NCBI RefSeq assembly: GCF_006345805.1
Contig: NC_043008.1
Span: 34,906,001-34,970,000, forward strand
Length of the DNA: 64,000 nucleotides
Direction: 5' to 3'
Origin: Octopus sinensis
Taxonomy: Eukaryota
The translations under genes were made by a program, and so were the position numbers. The notes beneath the pieces are model-generated. The model was not told the origin of the DNA and ran no database searches. It saw nothing but the letters and a program-made list of their open reading frames with translations. Every line of letters starts with the position of its first letter. Position 1 is the first letter of the stretch. This document shows, piece after piece, positions 53,005-64,000 of the stretch.

Positions 53005-54007
53005 TTTAATTATTATAAATTTTTCACTGAGGAGGGAGCCGGTTTCCAACAAAGATACAAGGCTTCATCTTTGGGATGTAGTTAACATAGACGAATACAC
53101 ATTTGGAAATTAAGAAAAGTCTTGCATAGTTTTGCTGTTCCACTCACAGATTGCACTTGTAATGTATGAAATAGTCGGTCGATTTCTTTTGCTTAAAATC
53201 CCAGTTTATCCAGATTCTCCTTTAAGCATTTACTAACAAAACCTAGTGCCTCATTTATTATTGGTATGAATATTAATTCATAGTCTGGATATAGAAACTG
53301 GACTTTTCGAAGCAGTTGTCCATAGATATCTTCTTTTTCTTTGATTTTCAAAGAGATATTTATATCTGCAGGGCTGTTGACTTCCGATGGTACACACCTT
53401 TGCCCTTCTGTCTCAAACAACAATATCCGGCCTGTTATGCTTACAATTGATAGACGTTTCCATGGGAATATTCCACCGGTATTCCCTGAGTTGGTGTTTA
53501 TGAATGCATTCCATAACAGAGGGATTTTCTAAGTTTATTTCAGGACAGTCTTTTCTGCGGATGGCATTGTAAATTGTTTTAGCAACAACATCGTGCCTCA
53601 TGGGGAGGTAGTACTGTGACCACTCTTTAGGACAGCTGCTAATCACATGCGTGATGCATGACATAGCCTACACATCCGTTTGCACCTTGGGATTATAAGA
53701 ACGCCACTGTCTCTCTTGTTCACCAGGATATTTCTGGCAATCTCCTGTTCCTGGATTGCAAACGCATAGCCTTCAAAGTGTGATGTGATGTAGTGGTCTT
53801 GTGTTCAAGAGAGGCTGCACTTCGTGTCAATTCTACTGTCTTCTTCAAGCTTCCGGGCAACATACCCATGCATAGTCTTTTTTTTTATATGCTGAGTGCT
53901 TTCCATCCAGGTCTTCTCTGAGGTAAGAGAGCCCAGCTGTTTTGGAGCTGTACAGGAGATCACCAGGAAGACAGTACTTCTTGAGAAGCTCACTGCCAAC
54001 TCGTACA
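53005..54007 (-). mobile_element. 5'-truncated R4/Dong-like (RLE) LINE, same family as 38121-38963
   Basis: EGYAFAIQEQEI, ..THVISSCPKEWSQYYLPMRHDVVAKTIY, KHNRPDIVV (RLE PD motif), EVNSPADINI..KEKEDIYGQLLRKVQFLYPDYE. Confidence 0.85.
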
Positions 54008-54172
54008 ATGTATGTATGTATATATGCGTATTATATATGTATGTATATATCTGTTTTATATATATGTATATAGGTATATATACATGTATGTATGTGTATA
54101 TATATATATATGTGCTTACATACATGCATACACAAACATCTATATATATAAATATATATATGCATAATATAT

Positions 54173-54297
<125 letters not shown>

Positions 54298-55329
54298 GTA
54301 TGTTCTATTCTTCAATCTTTAATTATTTCTGCCTTGAGATTTTCATGTTCATATCTTCCACCTTTAGAATTTCCTATTCTTAATTTCCTCATATTTCTTT
54401 TGATTTATATTTTTGTTTGGTTTAATCTGGTCCTGGTTTTGTAGGTCAATAGTCTGTAGGTGTTCTACGGATTGGTTTTGTTTTGCTTCGTTGCTTACGC
54501 TTTTTTCCTTTTTCTACTTAATAGATTTTCGTGCTTTACATTCACAATGTTTTCATGTTCTTGTGTGTTTTGTGTTGTGCTTCCGTACCACATTATTTTT
54601 GAGAATTTTATTTCACTTTCTGATTTTTTTTTCACTTTGAAAATGAATATTCTTAAATAAGTTTAGTCTGCTGAGATCCAACATTCCGTTTAGATCTGCG
54701 TTATATATTTCTTCAATATTTTATACGAAAATTTTGCCATAGTTTCTCATTTTGGGGGAGGATTTTGCGGTAAAATACAAAAGCATAATCTTCACTTTTC
54801 TCTTTTCTACTTTCGTGTTTAATTTACAAAAATTTGAGGAGTTTAATTTGAGGAGTTTAGTATATCTTATATCCATCAAATTCAAACTACACATTTTCCT
54901 TATAATCTGGATAATGCTGGCTTTACCTGTAGTTTCAATTTTTGTCATATGTGAGAGATAAAAACCTGTCTTCAATCATTGTTGACATTATGCGTCTTTC
55001 TTTGTCTGGTACTTATTCTATCGGCTTTTTTTGCCGAATCGCTACGTTACAAGGACGTGACCAAAACCAACACCGACTGTAAATCGGCGGTGGGGTAAGA
55101 GGAACACGCACAGCACAAACACAAAGACATACACACACACAAACACACATACATAATACACTCTATTCACATATATGAGGATAAAATTGAATGGTATAAT
55201 TGTAACACCAATGAAAAGAGATCGAGCTTAGCAGTGATAAACTTAATGAAAATAACAAACACATTGGTATGATCCGCTTAACCTAAATATGCACAGAAGC
55301 TACTATAGTTACAATGAATAAATGAGCTC

Positions 55330-58300
55330 TCTCTCAGGGCTATGGACATAAGAATATAAAGAAAATAAAAGCAAGTGTCATGAAAACAAGTATACGGAAA
55401 GAGCATGGAAAATAAGAGAAAATACCTTCCAATGTTTACTGAAATCATTAATAAAGAAAGTCAACTGGAAAAAATGAAGAGTAAAATATTACAAAACAGA
55501 AGTAGCTGAAAGTACAAGACAGCTTAACGATAAGATCCTCCCTAAGTTGTAAATAATTCAGCGTTATGGAAAGGGACAAGGATTCTTTGAACGAAACAAA
55601 CAGTTCAACTCCAAGCCGAACAGATTTTATCAAGAGCTCGGTAAAAGTATAATAGAAATTCATGCAACACTTGCATCAAGAGAAGTAAAATAATTCTGAA
55701 GAGGATAACGAGTGAATTAATCTTCATGAATGAGATTGAGCAAACACATTTGAACAATTGTGCTAGTTTATATCAACAACTCAACACATGTCCTAAGCTC
55801 CTTGAGTTGATATATAAAATAATGAATATCTGAAAAGCACCAGGAAAGAATAAAATCCTAAAACTTCTGAGTGAAATATTTAAGTGATTTTAAGTGAAAT
55901 GTATAATATTTGAGTGAAGTATGTATAAATTTCAAGTAAAAATTTGAATTATGCAAGAAAAGCAGTTCTGTTGTAAATATTTTTTATCTATATAACATAT
56001 TTACCATATGTGTATGGTTGAAAATCTCGAACCTGCAGTTTTCCCCTTTATAGACGTATTGTGGAAAAAAAATAACAACACAATACACTCCACAGCTAGG
56101 CAGAACAAAATCACCCCAGAAGCAACTGTATTTCGTCATTTGTGCGGTTTGTCAGTGTCACGTACTCACGTCATTTCTGAAATAAGCTGAATCAGTTAGC
56201 CTGAAGTATGTAGAGATGTAGTATATAAACTTTACACTGGTTTGCAACGGTGCCGCATAAGCAGAATAAATTCGAATTATGCAATAGAAGCTGCTCTATA
56301 GGAAAATCTGTATCTATATAACATGTTTAATGTGTGTCGTTGTAAAGCCAAACGCTTCCGGGGCAATTTCGTTTCGTCTGTCTCTGAAGTATATTGTGTT
56401 TTATTTGATAACACAATAAATCTATAAAAATTACAGCTTCTGGCTTTTCAACAAAACATTTATGTTAAATATGTCTTATAGAAAAAAGATTGTTTAAAAC
56501 TATTTAAGAACAGACTGAAATAATCGGAAACAACACCTAACAAGTTAAATAAAGAGAAACTATCTGAAGCCAGAGAAGGAAAGAAACAACAAACCTTTAG
56601 CTTACTTTTCTACAACTCAGAAAGATTTAATTCTTATAATATTGTAGAAGATGTGTAAATACCAGAAACACAACTTTATTTCTAGAAGAACAAAGGAATT
56701 CCACAATGGCTATAGCTGTAAAGATTAATTACTAATTAACAATACCAAAATCAAAACATCAAAGAAGAGGGGCTTGATCATGTCATGGACCGATTACCTG
56801 CAGTTTCTGGAAAGTTTCAGTGCAAGGTTGTACCAGTGATAACAAAATGTATTAAACACACCATGGGTAAATACGAAGCAAAATATCAAATTCTATGAAC
56901 TAGCAGTCATCAGTATTATAATAGGAATAGTCCAAGATCTCTCTCTCTCTCTCTCATCATTTCTTTCTTGCTGCTAACAGCTTCAACCGACGCCGTTTTA
57001 AATCATACTAGATTCGGATGTATGCGCCAAGAAAGAACATTTACACAAATTTTATGTGGTCAACTTATGCGAAAAAGTTGTTCGCTGTAGATTATATAAA
57101 CAAGAAACGCTAATTAAGAACATTTATGGCACATTAGATAAACAAAAGAAAAGAGAATTAGGCCAAACTATTTTAGCAAATAGGTAGGAATTAATGAACC
57201 AGATATTGTAGAAAACGCACACAAAAAATAAAAGGTCACTAAGGAATATTATAGATACATTTAATTAATAGTTAAAACATAATTAAAAGACATCAATTAT
57301 CTAGATGTAGCAGTAATATGTTATAGGTGGATGTTAAAGAATTTAGCAAGAATGGGCATTAAAACGAAATAAAATATAATGGTTTCTAATTTAGATTCTA
57401 AGGAGAGAGTCTAGACAATACAATAAACTTCAGCACTCAATATTATTGACCCCGGAAGAATAAGAGACACAGGTGACCAGGGCGGGATTTGAACTCAGAA
57501 AATAGGGTAGAAACAAATCCTGTAAAGCATTTTCCTGATAATTTAACGATTCTTCCAGCTGACCATGTTCAAAACAAGATGAATACTGAATACAGTTATA
57601 ACACACAACCCAAAGTCCGACATATACAGATTACACTTATCGCAAATCCAGCGTTAGAAAGGGCAATTAAAATCTATAAAATGACCAGCGTAGGACTAAA
57701 ATTACTGAGAAAGGTCAATGGAAAACTAGTGGAAATAGCTACAAAATAGATTGAAAAGACTTTCTGTTATTAAGGAGGTCAACGAATATAAAAGAGACGT
57801 TGAAATGACAATAAATTATGAAAAGGAAAAGAAGTAACAGTTGAAATTGTGAAAAAAAAGCTAAAAATTAAGTTAAAATCGAGGCTACAAAAAGCTATGA
57901 TAAAATGATGACAAGAAAATTCCCTTCATCACTAATTCACGTGAAAAAAAAGAAGAAGAGGAATAGATAAAGAAAAGGCTGAAGCCTGGATAAGAAACAT
58001 GAGAATCAAAGTCAAAATCGAAGAATTATTGACTGCAGCACTAGATAAAAGCCTCTCACCAATTACTACCGAAGAATATAATGAAGTAGAATATATTAAA
58101 TAACTGCAGAAAAGGTAGAGGTGGAGAGAAACAATTAAACACAGACTAACTAGCTGATTGACGTTAACCACGAAAGGATACATGTAAAGCCATTGTCAAA
58201 TTTGGTGTTTTCATACACTGGGAGTTATGCGAAGATTATTTCACACACACACAAAAAAAGAAGAGATCGTATAAACGTACATAAGAGTTTTTCAAAGAAT

Positions 58301-58730
58301 AATAAAGTTGCCACACTCTTAGATATGCACTTCCTTACAAGCAAAAAGAAAGATCAAGACTAATCAGCAGGAAAATGTTTTCAAGAAACGCCAGGAAAGA
58401 AATGCCTCCTATTCGTAACACAATCTCAATAGATGGTATCTGGAAAAAGAAAAAAAAATTGAAGTAATTGTCTGGAAATAGAGATAGCCAAAATGAAGAG
58501 ATGGGAAGCAGAATCAGTTCCTATAATAATTGGCGCCTTGTGAATGATTTAAAAAGATGCAGACAAATACATAACCATCACTCTAGAGGACTTGCAGATA
58601 TGCAGAACATACAGAAAATATCACTACAAGGCACTGGATACATATTGATAGCGAACGGAGCTGTGATTGGTAAAGCGGTGGTAGCATACAATAAAAATAA
58701 AATTCTCAAGTTGTAATTATTTCTTCTAAA
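55330..58730 (+). mobile_element. Scattered, highly decayed R4/Dong-like LINE segments (pre-RT and RT region ~55330-57080; C-terminal region ~57560-58730), interrupted by a type-B SINE fragment (~57420-57560)
   Basis: Remnants such as KAPG..KI, a KD.LL.N-like RT motif, AAL/QDK..LT, HW.LC and VPIIIGAL; many stops. Confidence 0.45.
56170..56200 (-). CDS. Candidate 31-nt exon (LTDSAYFRND, phase 2 to 0)
   Basis: Minus strand: polypyrimidine acceptor ctacatctctacatacttcag and consensus donor gtgagt. Confidence 0.2.
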
Positions 58731-58763
58731 AGCACGAGACTGCAATTTTGGGAGATTCCAGGG

Positions 58764-58990
58764 CTCATCTGGTACTTATATCGATCCCACGAACAACTGG
58801 TATTTATATCGACTCCATGCTCAACTGTCACTTATATCGATCCTCGTGCTCAATTGGTACTTATATCGATCCCCATGCTCAATTGGAACTTATATTGACC
58901 CCATACTCAACTGGTACTTATGTCGACCCCATGTTCAACTGGCACTTATATAGATCCCTACGCTCAACTGGCATTTATATCGATCCTCAT
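58764..58990. repeat. 28-29-bp minisatellite (~8 copies, ctcaactggtacttatatcgaccccatg) derived from the type-B SINE core
   Basis: Unit matches the SINE segment tcgaccccagtgcgtaactggtactta..tcgacccc. Confidence 0.85.
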
Positions 58991-59640
58991 ATCATCACAA
59001 AATCAGAGTCTTCTCACTAATGTCGCACATTATGAGGAAGACACAAAGTGTAGACTCTTCAATGACAAACTTGATAGTATTGGCCACATTGTTGTCGGTT
59101 GCTCAGTCCTTGCCCTTACAGAATATAAAACCAGGCATGATCAAGTCGGCTAATACTTGCACTGGAGCACATGCAGTCACTATGATGTCTTGTACCCAAA
59201 GAACTAGTACGAACACCATCCAGAGCCAGTCACTGAGTGAGAGAATGTTACCATCCTATTGGATTATGGGATACATACAGGCAGGCAAATAAACAGACCA
59301 GACATCGTTATCAAAGGTGAAGACAAAAAGCATGCCTGTTCATTGATATGATAGTGTCTACTGATAGAAACATCTCAGGAAAGGAATTTGAAAAACTGTC
59401 GAAATATAAGGACCTTGAGATTGAGATATCTAGGATGTGCCAATTAAAAACCAAAACCATCTTTGTTGTTGTAGGTGCCCTGGGAATGATCAAACAGGGT
59501 AGCGACAAATTTTTTGACCAGACCCCTGGGAAACCAACAACCTATAAGACTCAAAAATTTGTGTTTACATCAATGGCCCACATTCTTGGGTTTGAGACCG
59601 GTAGGAAGATGAAATAAAAGTGCAAATCAGTCGGAAATTA
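58990..59640 (+). mobile_element. R4/Dong-like LINE 3' end, second family
   Basis: QNQSLLTN..TKCRLF..SIGHIVVGCSVLALTEYKTRHDQVG; RPDIVIK; DRNIS.KEFEKLSKYKDLEIEISRM..KTKTIFVVVGALGMIK; ends in ataataataat. Confidence 0.85.
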
Positions 59641-59654
59641 ATGATTATAATAAT

Positions 59655-59845
59655 AATCCTTTCTACTATAGGCATAAGGCCTGAAATTTCGGGGGAGGCG
59701 ACCAATCGATTGCATCAACCCCAGTGCTCGACCAATCGATTACATCAACCAAAGTCATCCCTGGTGGAATTTGAACTCAGAACGTTAAGATGGATGAAAT
59801 GCCGCTAAGCATTTTGTCCAGCGTGTTAACGATTCTGCCAGCTCT
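59655..59845 (-). mobile_element. Type-B SINE with a small internal duplication
   Basis: cctttctactataggcataaggcc tail; accaatcgatt.catcaacc duplicated; ggaatttgaactcagaacg...ctgccagc head. Confidence 0.8.
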
Positions 59846-59880
59846 TTGCCAGCTTGCCAATAATAATAATAATAATAATG

Positions 59881-59932
<52 letters not shown>

Positions 59933-59958
59933 TAATAATAATGATGATGATGATGATA

Positions 59959-59991
<33 letters not shown>

Positions 59992-60002
59992 TTGATAATA
60001 AT

Positions 60003-61055
60003 AATGAATTAGCAAAGCTAGACAGAAGAACCAGGAAGTAATTCAATATGAATGGAGGTCTCCATCCAAGGGCGGCGGAAGAGGACTAATATCAGTGGAA
60101 GACTGCGTGGAGTTAGCTAGAGTAGATATAGACTGCCATGTAGGTAATAGTGAAGAAAGTTTATTAAAAGCTGCTAGAGTCACCACAAGACAAAGGGAAC
60201 CAAAAACCCAAATGAAGTTAAAAACCAGAAGAAAGAACAGAAATAATCTGATTGGCAGGAGAAAGCGTTGCTTGGGAGATTCCCCCAAAGATAGTTGCAG
60301 TAAACAGTAAAAGTGGGACATGGTTATGGTTGCAGAAAGGAAAGCTGAAGAGGGCGACAGAAAGTTTGTTAGTAGCTGTACAAGATCAAGCATTATGGAC
60401 TAATTGGATAAAAGCCATTATAGAAAAAAAACTAAGTAGACTCCCAATGTAGATTATACAAATCAAAAGAAGAAAGTGTTACTCATATAGTAACTGAATA
60501 CAGTATACTGGCACAGAAAGAATACAAGAAAAGACATGACAATCTAGGGAGCTATGTAGAAAGGTTGAATTTGAACGTACTGTTAAATGGTATGAGCATG
60601 AACTTAGTAAAATACTAGAAAGTAAGAGATACGAGATGTTGTGGGACTTTAACATTCAGACTAACATAGTAATAGAAGCTAGAAGGCCTTATTTTTGTAG
60701 TAGGAGATAAAGAGAATAGAAAGAACCAATAATTGACTTTACAGTCCAAAATGATGAAAAAATAGCAAAGTACTGGGACCTAGCTATTAAATTACAGTGA
60801 CTATGGAAAGTGCGGGTAAAATGTATCCCAGTAGTTATAGGTGCATTGGGAACTATTTCTAAAGATCTGAACAGATGGATAGAGGAAATTGGCATAAAAC
60901 CCAGTTTAGTACAGCTGCAGAAAATAGTGTTATTAGGGACAGCTAAGATACTTAGGAAGGTTCTTGGCATCTAAGGTTACTTGTTGCAGCCTGATGTTAG
61001 GAATTTTTATTTTCCAACAGTCTAAAATGTTGTATGTATATGAAATTAACAATAA
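60003..61055 (+). mobile_element. 5'-truncated R4/Dong-like LINE (post-RT to RLE) bounded by (AAT)n on both sides
   Basis: ELAKLDRRTRK..LHPR; TWLWLQKGKLKRATESLLVAVQDQAL; YKKRHD; LWDFNIQT..IEARRP; KYWDLA..VKCIPVVIGALGTISKDL..LQKIVLLGTAKILRKVLGI*. Confidence 0.9.
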
Positions 61056-61699
61056 TAATAATAATGATAACAACAATAATATAAAGTATAATAATGAGAG
61101 AATACTAAAAGATGTTTCAAGAAAAAAGGGGAGCTAGAGACATTTAACGATAACTAGGGGATGTTTAAGAATACTGGAGGACATTGCATACAAAATAACG
61201 CTATTTGGCTGCCCTGAAAATTGTCCTTTAACACATATCAGTTATCCATGAATCAAGCACAACTCCCCTCCTCGCTAAACGAGAAAATGTTGACGCATAT
61301 CCAAGTAATACTGTGACTTAATGCTAAGAAATTTATTTCATATACATAATGTATTAAAAATAGTGTTCATACAGGGTCGGTGATCGGCCCAGGTGTTAAG
61401 AAGCTAATGGAAGACATCTCATATTAAAGTCAGATCTCATATCCATATCATATGGATAACATTTCATATTAATATCAAACTGATTTATTCCCCTCACAAA
61501 AAATGACATGCAAAAAAAAAGAAAATAAGCAATCCACATCATTCACCCCTCGGTTAAAAGTGGGCTGCGTGATTCGAATTGAATTTGATGCATAACATGT
61601 ATGGAAATTACCGCATACATAAATCGACATCACCATAGACCAATAAACAGGTATGTGATGAAAATAACGATAATTTGAAAATAAATTGCCGGCTTTACT

Positions 61700-62650
61700 T
61701 CTTAAGTTTCGTAAAGGAAAGAAAAAAGACACATATAGACAAGAATGGAAGATGCTTCTATTTTACATGAGCTTTTTACAGCTACATTGTACTCCAAAAA
61801 TGAAGCTACAAAATTTTCGCATAAAATTCAGATAGCAAAGAACACTGATCTCAAAGTAATTTTGAATTCCAACAGATTTGCTAATATAAAAAGAAAATTA
61901 TCTAGAGAAAGATATCAGACAATGAAAGAATGCATAAAAGCAATTCAAATAACGAATAAAAAGCAAAGTGAATATTGAAAACGTAAATCATTAAGATAGA
62001 CCTGACATGTGCAAAAGAATGTGAATAGCGAAAGGCAACAAAGCTAAACGCTAAAATGCATAGAGAATACTAGCCGAACCAGAATAAAAACAAAACAAGA
62101 ACGACTAGAAACTCAAATACAGATAGTGCATGGATTTATTAGAAGAATTGATATGCGGTTCCGGTTAAGAATATATGCGAAAGTAACATCAAAGAGTAGA
62201 AAATTAATGAAGAGCCTTAATGACATGTTATATAAAGAAAAGCACATAAAGAGAAGAATTCCAATAGAAACAGATAAGAGAATTAGATCTGATACAGACT
62301 GACAAATATTTAAGAATTAATGAACTTGATAGAGAACAATACAAGCACATGAAAGAAAAGGTTACCAAGGAATATTATTGACACGTTAAATTAATACTTA
62401 AACAGAACTAAATGAAAAGAAAAATTGGTTAAAGGCATCAATACTCGACCTAATCTAGAAATAATTTGCAGTTGTTATCAAATAGATGCAAATAGAATAA
62501 GCAAGAGGAATGTAAAATTTGGAAAATGATGACTGCATTTAGAAATTGCCAACTAAAATCGGATAAACGTTATATTTACTATAAATGCAAACATACAGGG
62601 GTTTTGTTCAGCCAGAAAAAAGTCTTAGGACTGGGACTAGGAAAATATCT
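61700..62650 (+). mobile_element. Old R4/Dong-like LINE fragment
   Basis: Remnants resembling ..LILKTELN..K..V.GINT in a stop-ridden region. Confidence 0.3.
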
Positions 62651-62862
62651 GATGAAAAAAAGTGGTTGATTAATTATAAAGATAGTTAAAAATACGACCA
62701 AGACAGAAATAAAGGAAAGAAACTAAATAAGCCCTGGTGGATTTGAAATCAAAAGGAAAAGAACGGGGGTTAATATCGCAAGGTATCATGTGCTACGATT
62801 TAACGATTCTACCGATTCTTCACCCATTTTCAGCGCGAAAAATGGAAAAAAAAACATTGCAT

Positions 62863-63005
62863 AGGTGCAAGCGTGGCAAGTGGCAAGAAGCTCATTACTC
62901 AACCACGTAGTTTTGAGTTCAGTCCCTCAACGTGGTACCTCGGGCAAGTGTCTTTTATTGTAGCCCTATGCCGACCAACGCCTTGTGAGAGTGGATATGT
63001 TAAAT
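62863..63005 (+). mobile_element. Type-A SINE 5' part; its 3' part lies at ~63520-63680
   Basis: taggtgcaagcgtggcaagtggcaagaagc...gagttcagtccc...ctcgggcaagtgtctt; later gcatggccgcagtttaatgactggaacaagtaaaag. Confidence 0.7.
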
Positions 63006-63062
63006 GTCATACACACACACACATATATATACATATATATACATGCCTATACACACAAAACT

Positions 63063-63120
<58 letters not shown>

Positions 63121-63227
63121 GCATGTGTATATACATACGTACAGACACACACACACCTATATATGTGTGAATGTGTGTGTATATATATATACCTTCGTCT
63201 TTTGTTTTCTGCATATTTGAACTATAT

Positions 63228-63281
<54 letters not shown>

Positions 63282-63283
<2 letters not shown>

Positions 63284-63400
63284 CCTGCTCGCTTAGCCAG
63301 CGGGTTGGCGTCATTTGAAGGCTAAAACAATGCGAAGCGCATTGTGACCAGCGATGTGTAGCAACGTCTGATAGCCTGGTCGGTCATGGTAATTACGGTA
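63282..63400 (+). mobile_element. Short interspersed repeat or LINE 3' tail inserted in (TA)n
   Basis: ggcctgctcgcttagccagcggg...gcgcattgtgaccagcgatgtgtagcaac; GC-rich island in a TA tract that resembles a recurrent octopus repeat (recall only). Confidence 0.35.
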
Positions 63401-64000
63401 ATATATATATATGTGTGTATATATATATATGTAGGTATTTATTAGCTACTTATGACTATGTGTGGTTATGTGTTTGTGTTTTGTTTTACTAGTTGTTAAC
63501 GAGTATTGGTTTCTTTACTACTGCGTAACAGTAACATAACGCTTCGGCAAAGGGACTGATAGAATAAGTATCAGTTTAACAAAAAGTTAAGTAATTACTA
63601 GAGTCGATTTGTTCGACTAATCTCTTGAAGGCGGTGCCCAAGCATGGCCGCAGTTTAATGACTGGAACAAGTAAAAGATTGTAATTGGTAAGCAAGCTAC
63701 AATGTAGTTGGTAGGCTACTTTTATTCATTAAATTTGCCATGTAGGCAGCACATAGATAAGGTAGCTTTGCGGGCTGGACATAGACATTGATGAGGCGAA
63801 TGATTATGATACAAAAATTATAAATATGGGAGAAGACAGAAACCGCCCGCCGACCCTCTGATTCTCTAAAATATTGTTCTTTAAAAACGCAAATACAGAG
63901 GTATCAACCCTTTTACAATTTAAAATACCATATATTTGGACTAAAAAGTCCATACAATTATAAAACACAATTTATACACAAATTGGAGGCGATAAACCAC

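Noticed and set aside
61228-61400. Possible TTAA-flanked MITE (ttaacac...gtgttaa)
   Set aside because: Only 7 bp of inverted match; insufficient.

Overview
AT-rich, microsatellite-dense eukaryotic DNA. The two tRNA-derived SINE types, the abundance of RLE-type LINEs and the repeat landscape point to an octopod cephalopod (Octopus-like); this is recognition, not a database result. No complete protein-coding gene can be identified. Almost all ORFs in the track are translations of microsatellites, and the rest are decayed transposon fragments plus a few unverified exon-like islands. Recognisable content: an internally deleted mariner with intact TIRs (11947-12775), many R4/Dong-like non-LTR retrotransposon 3' fragments (38-62 kb), L2/CR1-type LINE fragments, a Penelope-like GIY-YIG remnant, more than 20 SINE copies and several MITEs. 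The most interesting signal is a set of short fold-back (inverted-repeat) insertions, several of them next to (TA)n or (AAT)n tracts. Two carry recognisable minimal type I hammerhead ribozyme folds with a palindromic stem III: an intact core at 4147-4255 (-) and a U4C variant mirrored in a perfect 80-bp-arm palindrome at 26986-27151. Others carry decayed half-cores. They look like non-autonomous Penelope-like/retrozyme-type elements. Also notable: a 187-bp locally templated insertion inside the mariner, a SINE trimer flanked by one TSD, and a minisatellite grown from a SINE core.
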